Assembly (NCBI GenBank): GCA_041639395.1
Contig: JBEQCG010000005.1
Span: forward strand, 4,854-68,853
Length of the DNA stretch: 64,000 nt
From: Thiobacillus sp.
Lineage (GTDB): Bacteria > Pseudomonadota > Gammaproteobacteria > Burkholderiales > Thiobacillaceae
Direction: 5' to 3'
Part shown: positions 1 to 9,842 of the stretch, piece after piece
Position numbering within the stretch: the first letter of the stretch is position 1
How the letters are laid out: each line of letters opens with the position of its first letter
Made by a program: the position numbers and the translations under genes
Notes under the pieces: generated by a model
What the model was told of the DNA's origin: nothing
Databases searched by the model: none
The model's input: only the letters and a program-made list of their open reading frames with translations

Positions 1-371
1 CTCTGCACGCCGGAGACCGGTGCGGTCTTGTTCACGAAATACGGAAAGCGCATTTCGATATAACCGGCATCGGCTTCCAGGCGCTCCACCATCTGGCGCA
101 GCATGTCCTCGAAGTTCTCGATGGAAATCTCGCGCTCGCGGGTGTTGAGGATGTCGATGAAGCGCGACATGTGCGTGCCCTTGAAGTTATGCGGCAGGTA
201 CACATACATGCTGAAGGTGGCGACGGTGTGCTGCACGCCGCCGCTCTTATCGGCCACGCGCACGGGGTGGCGGATGCTCTTGATGCCGACCTTGTTGATG
301 GCGATCTGCCGGGTGTCGGCCGAGCTTTGCACGTCGGGCATGCAAACGGCGGTGTCGCAAATCTGGTTCAT
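1..371 (-). CDS. folE2: GTP cyclohydrolase I type B (partial, runs off left edge)
   Basis: Hand translation from ATG at 371 (AAGGAG RBS upstream): [37 protein letters not shown]...FKGTHMSRF, the FolE2 signature; usual position after dxs. Confidence 0.92.
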   Translation of the reverse strand, partial: MNQICDTAVCMPDVQSSADTRQIAINKVGIKSIRHPVRVADKSGGVQHTVATFSMYVYLPHNFKGTHMSRFIDILNTREREISIENFEDMLRQMVERLEADAGYIEMRFPYFVNKTAPVSGVQ

Positions 372-467
372 GGCAGGCTCCTTGTTCGATATCCGCCCGG
401 ATCGGGGAGGGCGGCTGGCAATTTAGACTGAGTCTACACCGCCGAAATACTTGAGTAAACTACTAGG

Positions 468-2342
468 TTAATCGGGCCGGCGTGGGCTGGTTTGATAAGC
501 GCGAACGGTGCGTTCGATGCCCGCCGCGTCCAGGCCGCAGTCGGCCAGCATCTTCTGCGGGTCGCCGTGCTCGATGAACACATCGGGCAAGCCCAGATAC
601 AACACCGGCACCTGGATCCCCAGTGCAGAGAGTGTTTCTGCAACGCCCGTACCGGCCCCGCCCGCCACGGCGTTCTCTTCCAGCGTGACCAGCAGGCTGT
701 GGCTTGCGGCCAGCTCGCGCAGCAAATCCCCATCCAGCGGTTTGACGAAGCGCATGTCGGCTACGCTGGCGTTAAGCGCTTCGGCGGCGGCGAGCGCGGG
801 CGCGACCAGGCTGCCAAACGCGATCAGGGCGACCGACTGGCCGCGCCGGCGCAACACGCCCTTGCCGATTTCGACCGGTTCGAGGCCCGGTGCAACCGCT
901 GCGCCCGTGCCGCTGCCGCGCGGGTAACGCACGGCCGACGGCCCGTTGTGCAGAAACGCCGTGGTCAGCAAGCGGCGGCATTCGTCCTCGTCCGACGGTG
1001 CGGCGATGAGCAGATTGGGCAGACAGCGCAGGTAGGAAAGATCGAAACTGCCCGCGTGGGTGGGGCCGTCCGCACCCACCAGCCCGGCGCGGTCGATGGC
1101 CAGCATCACCGGCAGGTTTTGCAGCACCACGTCGTGGATGAGCTGGTCGTAGGCGCGTTGCAGAAAGGTGGAGTAGATCGCGACGACAGGTTTGATGCCT
1201 TCGCACGCCAGGCCCGCAGCAAACGTCAGCGCGTGCTGTTCGGCAATGCCCACGTCGAAATAGCGCTTGGGGTAGTCCTGAGAAAACCGTACCAGTCCCG
1301 AGCCTTCGCGCATGGCCGGGGTAATGCCTACCAGCCGGGCGTCGGCGGCGGCCATGTCGCACAGCCAGTCGCCGAACACCTGGGTGTAGGTGGGGCGGGT
1401 GGCTGCCGCGCCAGCGGGTTTTTCCGCGATGCCGGCGGCCGGATCAAAGCGCGACACGCCGTGATACAGGCAGGGATTGGCTTCGGCCGGTTCGTAGCCC
1501 TTGCCTTTGCGGGTGACGACGTGCAAGAACTGCGGGCCGTCGAGCCGCTTGATGTTGGTCAGCGTGTCGACCAGCACATCGAGGTCGTGGCCGTCGATGG
1601 GGCCGATGTAGTTGAAGCCGAATTCCTCGAACAGCGTGCCGGGTGTGACCATGCCCTTCATGTGTTCCTCGGCGCGCTTGGCCAGTTCACGGATGGGCGG
1701 GGCGACCGACAACACCTTTTCGCCGGCGCGGCGGGCGGCGGCGTAAAACTTGCCCGACATCAGCCGCGCCAGGTAATTGTTCAGCGCGCCTACGTTGGGC
1801 GAAATCGACATGTCGTTGTCGTTCAGCACCACCAGCAAGGGCAGGTTGGTGGCCCCGGCATTGTTCAGCGCTTCGAAGGCCATGCCGGCGGTCATGGCAC
1901 CGTCGCCGATCACCGCCACCGCGCGCTGCGTCGAGCCGGTCTGGCGGAAGGCTTCGGCCATGCCGAGCGCGGCCGAAATCGAGGTGCTGGAATGACCGGT
2001 GCCAAAAGCGTCGTAGGCGCTCTCGGCGCGGCGCGGAAAACCGGCAATGCCGCCACCCTGGCGCAGCCCGGCCATGGCCTCGCGGCGGCCGGTAAGAATC
2101 TTGTGCGCGTAGCTCTGGTGGCCCACGTCCCACACGATGCGGTCGGCGGGGGTGTCGAACACGTAGTGCAGGGCGAGGGTGAGTTCCACCGCGCCGAGGT
2201 TGGACGCCAGATGCCCGCCTGTTTGCGCGACAGAATCCACCAGAAACGTGCGCAGTTCTTCGGCAAGCTGCGGCAGATCGCTGGCCGGGAGCGCGCGCAG
2301 GTCGGCGGGCGAACGGATGAAATCGAGAATCGGCGTGCTCAT
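468..2342 (-). CDS. dxs: 1-deoxy-D-xylulose-5-phosphate synthase
   Basis: [25 protein letters not shown]...NDN TPP motif, [20 protein letters not shown]; start trimmed to MSTPILD. Confidence 0.98.
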   Translation of the reverse strand: MSTPILDFIRSPADLRALPASDLPQLAEELRTFLVDSVAQTGGHLASNLGAVELTLALHYVFDTPADRIVWDVGHQSYAHKILTGRREAMAGLRQGGGIAGFPRRAESAYDAFGTGHSSTSISAALGMAEAFRQTGSTQRAVAVIGDGAMTAGMAFEALNNAGATNLPLLVVLNDNDMSISPNVGALNNYLARLMSGKFYAAARRAGEKVLSVAPPIRELAKRAEEHMKGMVTPGTLFEEFGFNYIGPIDGHDLDVLVDTLTNIKRLDGPQFLHVVTRKGKGYEPAEANPCLYHGVSRFDPAAGIAEKPAGAAATRPTYTQVFGDWLCDMAAADARLVGITPAMREGSGLVRFSQDYPKRYFDVGIAEQHALTFAAGLACEGIKPVVAIYSTFLQRAYDQLIHDVVLQNLPVMLAIDRAGLVGADGPTHAGSFDLSYLRCLPNLLIAAPSDEDECRRLLTTAFLHNGPSAVRYPRGSGTGAAVAPGLEPVEIGKGVLRRRGQSVALIAFGSLVAPALAAAEALNASVADMRFVKPLDGDLLRELAASHSLLVTLEENAVAGGAGTGVAETLSALGIQVPVLYLGLPDVFIEHGDPQKMLADCGLDAAGIERTVRAYQTSPRRPD

Positions 2343-2344
2343 GG

Positions 2345-3232
2345 TCAGAAGGCGCGCTCCACGACAAAATCGGCCAGCGCGCGCAGATGCGGTGCCGGGG
2401 CGGCAAGTGAATCCAGCGCGGCGCGGGCATCCGCACGCAGTTCCTGCGCGAGTTCGCGGGCGCGTGTCACGCCCAGCAGGCTCACGTACGTGGGCTTGTT
2501 CTGCGCCGCATCCTTGCCGGCGGTTTTGCCGAGCGTGGCGGTGGGCGCTTCGGCGTCGAGCACGTCGTCCACCACCTGAAACGCCAGCCCGATGCACTTG
2601 GCGTAGTGGTCGAGCGCCGCCAGCGTGGCGTCGTCCGGCGAACCGCAGTGTGCGCCCAGCAGCACCGAGGCGCGGATCAGCGCGCCGGTTTTGTGGATGT
2701 GCATGAATTCGAGTTCGGCCAGATCCAGCGGCTTGCCCACGCTCGCCAGGTCGATGGCCTGCCCGCCCGCCATGCCGCGCGAACCGGCGGCCAGCGCCAG
2801 CAGATGCACCATCTTCAACTGTGCGGCAGGCATGTCGGCCAGGGGCTGCGCACAGAGCACGTCGAACGCCAGACTTTGCAACGCGTCGCCCACCAGCAGC
2901 GCGGTGGCTTCGTCGAACTCCACATGCACCGTGGGTTTGCCGCGCCGCAGCGCGTCGTCGTCCATGGCCGGCATGTCGTCGTGCACCAGTGAATAGGCGT
3001 GGATGAGCTCGACGGCTGCCGCCGCAAACTGAACCCGTTCCGGGATAGCGTCCACTACCTCGCCTGCCGCAAAAGCGAGCAGGGGGCGTACCCGCTTGCC
3101 GCCATCCAGTACCGCGTAGCGCATGGCTTCGTGCAGGCGTTGCGGGGCAATATGCACGGGCGGCAGGCAGTCGGCCAGCACCGATTCCATGCGCGACTGG
3201 CAGCCTTGCATCCAGACAGTGAAATCAGTCAT
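2345..3232 (-). CDS. ispA: Farnesyl diphosphate synthase
   Basis: [28 protein letters not shown] prenyltransferase motifs; overlaps xseB stop. Confidence 0.96.
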   Translation of the reverse strand: MTDFTVWMQGCQSRMESVLADCLPPVHIAPQRLHEAMRYAVLDGGKRVRPLLAFAAGEVVDAIPERVQFAAAAVELIHAYSLVHDDMPAMDDDALRRGKPTVHVEFDEATALLVGDALQSLAFDVLCAQPLADMPAAQLKMVHLLALAAGSRGMAGGQAIDLASVGKPLDLAELEFMHIHKTGALIRASVLLGAHCGSPDDATLAALDHYAKCIGLAFQVVDDVLDAEAPTATLGKTAGKDAAQNKPTYVSLLGVTRARELAQELRADARAALDSLAAPAPHLRALADFVVERAF

Positions 3233-3488
3233 CGGTCGCGTCGTTTTTGAACGGCACAAGTACGCCGTTTTCGAGTATCTGAACCTGCTGCTCGGCGTCT
3301 GCGAGTTGCTGGCGGCAATACGTCAGCAGCTCCGCACCGCGCTTGTAGGCACCGAGCGAGGCATCCAGCGACAATTGCCCACCTTCCATGTCGGCCACAA
3401 TGGCTTCGAGTTCGGTAAGCGCGGATTCGTAATCTTTGGGGGCTGCGTGTTCTTTGGGAAAAAGTGACGCGGCGCGGGCTTTGGCCAT
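3225..3488 (-). CDS. xseB: Exodeoxyribonuclease VII small subunit
   Basis: YESALTELEAIVADMEGGQLSLDASLGAYKRGAELL; xseB-ispA-dxs synteny. Confidence 0.95.
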   Translation of the reverse strand: MAKARAASLFPKEHAAPKDYESALTELEAIVADMEGGQLSLDASLGAYKRGAELLTYCRQQLADAEQQVQILENGVLVPFKNDATDD

Positions 3489-3725
3489 CGGGAATCCCGG
3501 CGTGAAATAAGACCCACACTTTAACAAATTGGCCCTGCCCCTGTCTTCTCCATGCTGGGCTGCGTGGTATGATTCAAGCCGTCCCCGCCCGTCATGGCGG
3601 GGATTTTTCATCCGTACCCGTGCCTTGCACGGGAGAGTCGGGCAGACGCTGCCCGCTCTCGATCCGGTGGGTTCAATCGCCGCTCCAGTCGTCTGGAGGG
3701 GGCTTGGTTTTGAGTAGGGTGCGCC

Positions 3726-4838
3726 ATGAGCAATCTCGCCGAATCCAGCGCCTTGTCGCTAATTTCGCCGCAACTTCCTGTTTCCTGGTATTTCGACCCG
3801 GCCATCTACGCGCTGGAGCTCGAACATCTCTTCAAGCGCGGGCACGGCTACGCCGGCCACCAGCTCATGGTGCCCGAGCCCGCCGACTACCACGCGCTGG
3901 AACTGTTCGAAGGCGCAAAAATGCTCGTCAACAGCGGTTCCAGCATTGAACTGCTGTCCAACGTGTGCCGCCATCGCCAGGCCCTCATGCTCGACGGGCG
4001 CGGCAAGCTGTCTTCGAACCACATCGTCTGCCCCATCCACCGCTGGACCTACGACAGCCACGGCCGGCTCATGGGCGCACCCGAATTCCCCGGCAATCCC
4101 TGCCTCAACCTGAACCGCACCGGCCTGCAGAACTGGCAGGGCCTGCTGTTTGCCGGCCAGCGCGACGTCAACGCCGACTTGGCCGGCATGCAGGCCGCAC
4201 GCAACCTGGATTTTTCCGGCTTCATGCTCGACCGCGTGCAGGTTGACCACTACGCCTGCAACTGGAAAACCTTCATCGAGGTGTATCTGGAGGATTACCA
4301 CGTTGCCCCGTATCACCCCGGCCTCGGCCACTTCGTCACCTGCGACGACCTTACGTGGGAATACGGCGACTGGTGGTCCGTGCAGACCGTTGGCGTAAAC
4401 CGCGGGTTGTCCAAGGCCGGCTCACCGGTCTACCAGAAATGGCACGACCAAGTCATGGCCTACCGTGGCGGCCAGCCTCCCCGGCACGGCTCCATCTGGC
4501 TCACTTATTACCCTGGCCTCATGGTCGAGTGGTACCCGCATGTGCTGGTCGTCTCGTCCATCGTGCCCACCGGTGTGGAATCGTGCAGCAACGTCGTCGA
4601 GTTCTACTACCCCGAAGACATCGTCCTGTTTGAACGCGCCTTCATCGAAGCCGAACAGGCCGCCTACCTGGAAACCGCCGAGGAAGACCGCGACATCTGC
4701 ACACGTATGCACCAAGGCCGGCGCGCGCTATACAAACAAGGTAGTTCTGAAACCGGCCCGTACCAGTCGCCGCTGGAAGACGGCATGATGCACTTCCATG
4801 CTTTTTTGCGGCGGGAGATCGAGCCACACATCAAATAG
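3726..4838 (+). CDS. Rieske non-heme iron oxygenase alpha subunit
   Basis: CRH...CPIH Rieske ligands; NWK..EVYLEDYHVAPYH mononuclear-iron motif. Confidence 0.9.
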   Translation: MSNLAESSALSLISPQLPVSWYFDPAIYALELEHLFKRGHGYAGHQLMVPEPADYHALELFEGAKMLVNSGSSIELLSNVCRHRQALMLDGRGKLSSNHIVCPIHRWTYDSHGRLMGAPEFPGNPCLNLNRTGLQNWQGLLFAGQRDVNADLAGMQAARNLDFSGFMLDRVQVDHYACNWKTFIEVYLEDYHVAPYHPGLGHFVTCDDLTWEYGDWWSVQTVGVNRGLSKAGSPVYQKWHDQVMAYRGGQPPRHGSIWLTYYPGLMVEWYPHVLVVSSIVPTGVESCSNVVEFYYPEDIVLFERAFIEAEQAAYLETAEEDRDICTRMHQGRRALYKQGSSETGPYQSPLEDGMMHFHAFLRREIEPHIK

Positions 4839-4909
4839 GCCATGCGCATAACAAGGACCGCCCTTGTTATTTTCGGCCTCGGTGTCCGCGCGCCGGTGAT
4901 GACCGGCCC

Positions 4910-7378
4910 TCACCCCATCGCCCGAATCGACTGCATCGGCGGCACCCGCGTGATGTGCCGGGTGGTGAGCCAGCCGCTGGTAATCACCAGCAGCGCGCCG
5001 GCGGTGGGCAGCGCCAGCCACAGCCAGGGGTGGGCGCGGCCGGGCAGGTCGAACAGGCGCTCACTGATCGCGAGCATGGCGAGTTCGGCGCAGGCGCTGG
5101 CGATGAGGCCGGCCAGAATGCCGAGCGCGGCAAATTCGGCGATGAGACCCTTGGCGAGCCAGGTGCGTTCGGCACCCAGGGTGCGCAGCAGCACGGCTTC
5201 TTGCTGGCGGGCGTCGAGGCTGGCCAACAGCGTGGCGACGACGACGGCCATGCCGGCGGCGAGCAAGAATCCCAACAGCAGTTGAATGGCACCGATGATG
5301 CGGGCGAACACGGCTTCGAGCTTGCCGATGAGGGTGTCGAGCGCGAGGACGGTGATGCCGGGGAAGGTTTTGACGAACCCGGGCATGACGTCAACGCCGG
5401 GCGGCACATACACGCTGGCGATGTAGCTGGCGGGCAGGGCGTCGAGCGCGCCGGGCGAAAAGATGACGAAGAAGTTGGGCTGCATGGATTCCCACTTCAC
5501 GCTGCGGAGGCTGCCGATGCGGGCGCGCACGGTCTGGTCGCCGATCTGGAAGCCCAGGGTGTCGCCGATTTTGAGGTCCAGACGTTCGGCCATACCGGAT
5601 TCGACGGAAATGTCGTTGGCCACCTGTGCGCCGTGCCAGCGGCCCGCGAGAATCTGGTTGTTGGCGGGTAAATCGCCGGCCCAGGTGAGGTTGAGCTCGC
5701 GCCGCAGGGTGTTGCTGTCACGCGATTCGGGGGGCAGGGTGTCGGCGATGGGCTGGCCGTTTTTTTCCACCAGCCGGCCGCGAATCATGGGGTAGAGGCG
5801 CGAGGCTTCGAGCTGGTGCTGATCGAGCCAGCGGCCCACGTCGGCCTGCTGTTCCGGCGCAATGTTCACCAGAAAATGATTCGGCGCGCCCGGAGGCAGT
5901 TGCTGCCGCCAGCCGTCGACGAGGTCGCTGCGCACCAGCGCGAGCAGGGCGACGAGAAACAGCGCCAGGGTGAAGGCACCCAGTTGCAGGGTGCTATCAA
6001 GACGATGACGCAGCAGTTGCGACAAACCGAAGCGCAGCGGCCCGGTGGCCAGATGCTGCACGCCGCGCCCGGCGACGAGCGCCAGCCGGGCGAGGATCGC
6101 CAGCACCAGCGCGAGTGCAGCCAGTGCTCCGACAAAGCCGGCAACGAGCTGGATGTCGCCCGCGTAGGCAGCGATCAGCGCCAGCAGCACTGCGCCGCTC
6201 AGCGAGGCACCGATCCAGGCCGACAGTGGCAGTGGCGGTAGATCGCGCCGCAGCACGCGTAGCGGCGGCACGCGGATGAGCCGCATCAGCGCGGGCAGCG
6301 CCGCGCCGGCCAGCGCGGCAAGACCGCTCGCCAGCGCGATGAACACCGGGGCTGCGCCCAGCCGGGGCAGGGTAGCCAGCGTGTCGGGCAGTACCAGGCC
6401 CGCGAGCAGATGTTGCAATGCCGCGCCAAGCGCCACACCAGCCAGGCTGCCGAGCAGACCCAGCAGCAGGAACTGGGTGAGATACAGCGTGCGCAACTGC
6501 GCGGTGGTGGCCCCCATGCAGCGCAAGAGCGCGGCCTGGTCGTAGTGCCGCCGGGCGTGACGATGCGCGGCAATGGCAATGGCGGCCACGGCCAACAGCA
6601 GGCTCACCAGCGCGGTGAGTTGCAGGTAGGTGTCGAGCTTGTCGAAACCGTCGCGCAGGTTTTCCACGCCCTCGCGCGCGCCAATCAGGCGCTGGGTGTC
6701 GTCGAGCGCCGGCTTCAGCGCGGCGGTGAAGGCGGCGGTGGCCTGCGGGCTGCCGGCAAACTGATACAGATAGGTGAGACGGCTGCCGGGCTGGAGCACG
6801 CGGGTGGCGGCCACGTCGTCGCCACGCAGGAATACGCGCGGGGCCAGGCCGAATACGCCGCCCAACTGGCCCGGTTCTTCGGCCACCACGCCGGCGATGC
6901 GAAAGTGCGCCTCGCCGATTTGTACGGTGTCGCCCACGGCGGCGTCGAGTAGCGGCAGCAGTTGTTGATCGACATAGATCGAGCCCGGAGGGGGCTGCGC
7001 GGGTCGCGGCGCACCGGCCGCAAAGGCGCGGTCGGCGATGCGCACGTTGCCCGAAAGCGGCCAGGCGGCGTCAACGGCACGCACGGTGGCCAGCTGGAAG
7101 GCGTCGGCCCGGCTCACCATGCTGGCGAATTCCAGCGCGGTGCTGGTGTTGAGGGTGTGCGCGGGCCAGGCTTCCACCGGGCGCGGGCTGGTCACCAGCA
7201 GGTCGGCCCCCAGAAACCGTGCGCCTTCGTCGCGCATGGCCCGCTGCATCCGGTCGCCCAGAAAGCCGGTGGTGGCCACGCTGCCCACGCCGATAACCAG
7301 CGCGAGCAGCAGTACGCGCCATTCACCGCTCGCACGTTCGCGGGCGAGCAGCCACAGGGCCAGCCGGACGAGGCTCAT
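4910..7378 (-). CDS. ybbP: ABC transporter permease, FtsX/YbbP type
   Basis: 822 aa, two FtsX-like multi-TM halves, VKWESMQPNFFVIF; overlaps ATPase gene. Confidence 0.88.
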   Translation of the reverse strand: MSLVRLALWLLARERASGEWRVLLLALVIGVGSVATTGFLGDRMQRAMRDEGARFLGADLLVTSPRPVEAWPAHTLNTSTALEFASMVSRADAFQLATVRAVDAAWPLSGNVRIADRAFAAGAPRPAQPPPGSIYVDQQLLPLLDAAVGDTVQIGEAHFRIAGVVAEEPGQLGGVFGLAPRVFLRGDDVAATRVLQPGSRLTYLYQFAGSPQATAAFTAALKPALDDTQRLIGAREGVENLRDGFDKLDTYLQLTALVSLLLAVAAIAIAAHRHARRHYDQAALLRCMGATTAQLRTLYLTQFLLLGLLGSLAGVALGAALQHLLAGLVLPDTLATLPRLGAAPVFIALASGLAALAGAALPALMRLIRVPPLRVLRRDLPPLPLSAWIGASLSGAVLLALIAAYAGDIQLVAGFVGALAALALVLAILARLALVAGRGVQHLATGPLRFGLSQLLRHRLDSTLQLGAFTLALFLVALLALVRSDLVDGWRQQLPPGAPNHFLVNIAPEQQADVGRWLDQHQLEASRLYPMIRGRLVEKNGQPIADTLPPESRDSNTLRRELNLTWAGDLPANNQILAGRWHGAQVANDISVESGMAERLDLKIGDTLGFQIGDQTVRARIGSLRSVKWESMQPNFFVIFSPGALDALPASYIASVYVPPGVDVMPGFVKTFPGITVLALDTLIGKLEAVFARIIGAIQLLLGFLLAAGMAVVVATLLASLDARQQEAVLLRTLGAERTWLAKGLIAEFAALGILAGLIASACAELAMLAISERLFDLPGRAHPWLWLALPTAGALLVITSGWLTTRHITRVPPMQSIRAMG

Positions 7379-8076
7379 GCCGGCACCGCAACTTGCACGC
7401 GACCTGCCACCAGATGCAGCCGGCGTGCGCAGCGCGCGGCCAGCGTGGCGTCGTGGGTGACGAGGATGAGCGTGGTGCCGGCCGACGCGTTCAACTCGAA
7501 CAGCAGATCGATGATGCGCGCGCCGGTGTCGGCGTCGAGATTGCCGGTGGGCTCGTCGGCAAACACCACGGCGGGGTCGGTGGCAAAGGCGCGCGCCAGC
7601 GCCACGCGCTGCTGTTCGCCGCCGGAGAGCTGGCGCGGCGTGTGGCCGGCGCGGTCGGCCAGTCCCACGCGCGCGAGCCAGTGCGCGGCGCGCTCGCGGG
7701 CGTCGTGGCGGCCGGCGAGTTCCAGCGGCAGCAGCACGTTTTCCAGCGCACTGAGCGCGGGCAGCAGTTGGAACGACTGGAACACAAAGCCAACACGGCC
7801 GGCTCGCAGCCGCGCGCGGGCGTCTTCGTCCAGATCGGCCAGGCGCTGGCCGAGCAGATGGATGTCGCCGGACGAAGCCAGATCCAGCCCGGCCAGTAAG
7901 CCCAGCAGCGTGGACTTGCCCGAGCCCGACGCGCCGGTGATCGCCAGCGTGTCGCCGGCTTTGACCGCCAGCGTTACATCGCTGAGTATCGCAAGCGCGC
8001 CGTCGGCGGTGGCCACGCGCTGCGAAAGGCCGTGTGCCTGAACAATGGGGAACCGGGCGCTGTCAGGGGGCGTCAT
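7375..8076 (-). CDS. ybbA: ABC transporter ATP-binding protein
   Basis: GASGSGKST Walker A, LSGGEQQRV signature, ADEPTGNLD; divergent from tesA as in E. coli. Confidence 0.9.
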   Translation of the reverse strand: MTPPDSARFPIVQAHGLSQRVATADGALAILSDVTLAVKAGDTLAITGASGSGKSTLLGLLAGLDLASSGDIHLLGQRLADLDEDARARLRAGRVGFVFQSFQLLPALSALENVLLPLELAGRHDARERAAHWLARVGLADRAGHTPRQLSGGEQQRVALARAFATDPAVVFADEPTGNLDADTGARIIDLLFELNASAGTTLILVTHDATLAARCARRLHLVAGRVQVAVPA

Positions 8077-8102
8077 TGAAAGAGTCTCGAAAAGGAGTGC
8101 GT

Positions 8103-8738
8103 GTGAAAAGCAGGGTCGATTATCGCGTGTGGCTGTTTGTCTTGTCGCTGTTCGCGACGGGCAGCGCAGTCGCGGCACAATGCTCGGTGTTGATCGTGGG
8201 CGACAGCCTGAGTTCCGGCTACGGGCTGGCTGCTGGCACCAGCTGGGTGGACAAGCTCGATGCCCGCCTGAAAAAGCAGGCCCCTGCCTGGCGGGCGGTG
8301 AATGCCAGCGTGTCGGGCGATACCACGCAGAACGGCCTGCAACGCCTGAGGCCGGCGCTGGCGCGGCAACAGCCGCAGGGCGTGGTGATCGAACTCGGTG
8401 GCAACGATGCGCTGCGCGGCACGCCGCCTGCCGTCATCCGCAATAACCTGCGCACGATGATCCGCGAGGCCAAGGCCGCCGGCGCGTGGGTGCTGCTGCT
8501 GGATGCGCCGGTGCTGCCCAACTACGGCCGCGCCTACGGCGAGGCGGTGGCAAAACTCTATGTGGATCTGGCGCGCGAAGAGAACATCGCGCGCGTGCCG
8601 TGCTTCGTCTGTGGCGTGGGCGTGAAGGCCGGCATGATGCAGGCCGACGGCATCCATCCCAACGAAAAGGCGCAGGCGGCGATGCTTGACGCAGTGTGGC
8701 CGGCGCTGAAACCCCAACTGCGATGCCGGGCAAAATGA
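8103..8738 (+). CDS. tesA: GDSL arylesterase/thioesterase
   Basis: GDSLS, ELGGND, DGIHP SGNH blocks; GTG start after AAGGAG. Confidence 0.9.
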   Translation: MKSRVDYRVWLFVLSLFATGSAVAAQCSVLIVGDSLSSGYGLAAGTSWVDKLDARLKKQAPAWRAVNASVSGDTTQNGLQRLRPALARQQPQGVVIELGGNDALRGTPPAVIRNNLRTMIREAKAAGAWVLLLDAPVLPNYGRAYGEAVAKLYVDLAREENIARVPCFVCGVGVKAGMMQADGIHPNEKAQAAMLDAVWPALKPQLRCRAK

Positions 8739-9124
8739 AGATCTCAGACGAACCCTGTCCTTGCGGTTCGGGCCAGACCTATGCGCAGTGTTGCGGGGTG
8801 TTTCACGCCGGGGCGGCGGCACCGGATGCCGAGCGGCTCATGCGTTCGCGCTACAGCGCCTACGTGGGTGGACTGGGCGACTATCTCTTTGCTACCTGGC
8901 ATCCCGACACGCGGCCGGCACAGCTCGGGCTGGATGCCACACCGCGTCCGCAGTGGCAGGCGCTGACGGTCAAATCACACGTCGTTCAAGGCAGCGATCA
9001 CGCCACGGTGGAATTCGTCGCCCGCTACAAACTCAATGGCCGCGCGTGCAGATTGCACGAGACCAGCCGCTTTGTCCGCCTGCAAGGTCGCTGGGTTTAC
9101 GTGGACGGTGACGTGCGCGAATGA
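8735..9124 (+). CDS. ychJ: YchJ/SEC-C family protein
   Basis: CPCGSG..Y..CC, LMRSRYSAY, HETSRF...WVYVDG. Confidence 0.9.
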   Translation: MKISDEPCPCGSGQTYAQCCGVFHAGAAAPDAERLMRSRYSAYVGGLGDYLFATWHPDTRPAQLGLDATPRPQWQALTVKSHVVQGSDHATVEFVARYKLNGRACRLHETSRFVRLQGRWVYVDGDVRE

Positions 9125-9342
9125 GGCGCTGCGTGAGCGAACTCGAAACGTCGTCCGCGCTTGAGCGCGTAGCCTCCACCGTGGGCAGGATGCGCTGCCG
9201 GCGCGCCCGCATGGCGGGCCTTGCGGGTGGCCAGTTGCCGCACGAGCTCGACGCAGTCCAGGTCGGCGCGCTGGCAGCGACGCCCGAGCTGTGGTTGTGC
9301 AGGCGAACGCGCGGCCTCCCCGGCCCGGAAGAGGTGTCGCAT
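9097..9342 (-). CDS. Possible hypothetical protein (~81 aa)
   Basis: Central codons show GC3 bias, but no RBS and no recognised motif. Confidence 0.25.
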   Translation of the reverse strand: MRHLFRAGEAARSPAQPQLGRRCQRADLDCVELVRQLATRKARHAGAPAAHPAHGGGYALKRGRRFEFAHAAPHSRTSPST

Positions 9343-9419
9343 CCATGTGCTCACGCCGTCATGGCGCGTGAAACCGAGCCACGAACCGGGCAGGACGATA
9401 CCGCCCACCGATGAAGCAC

Positions 9420-9662
9420 TCACCGCGCGCTCAGCATCAGCCATACCAGACGGCGCGCCATTTCACGGCGGCGTTCAGGGGTGACAGCGTGGTCTGCCCG
9501 GCGGTCTTCGCCCGGCGCGATCTGGCGACTGGTCTGCACCGCCACAGGCTTTTCGCTGGCGTAGCCCACGCGGTCAAAACCGGGCGTGTCGCCCATCGTG
9601 GCCGCCTGTGCGCTGCCGATGACGAGGCCGGCGGCCAGCAGGGAAAGAGTCAGTGTGTTCAT
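9420..9662 (-). CDS. Small secreted hypothetical protein (80 aa)
   Basis: AGGAG RBS; signal peptide MNTLTLSLLAAGLVIGSAQA. Confidence 0.65.
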   Translation of the reverse strand: MNTLTLSLLAAGLVIGSAQAATMGDTPGFDRVGYASEKPVAVQTSRQIAPGEDRRADHAVTPERRREMARRLVWLMLSAR

Positions 9663-9842
9663 GATGGGCTCCTGGTTTGCTTGCCCGCGCACCCTGCGCG
9701 AGACCATGACTGCATGGTGGGCGAGACCCGTCGCCGGGGTAAGCAACCGGGTCGAAACCGGGACGGCCAACCGGGTTGGCGTTCACGCGCGCGCAATCTG
9801 TTCCGGGCACACTGCGGCTGAACAGACCCATCAGGAGAGCCC

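Noticed and set aside
9663-9842. Pho box upstream of phoX
   Set aside because: No convincing CTGTCAT direct repeats at 11-bp spacing
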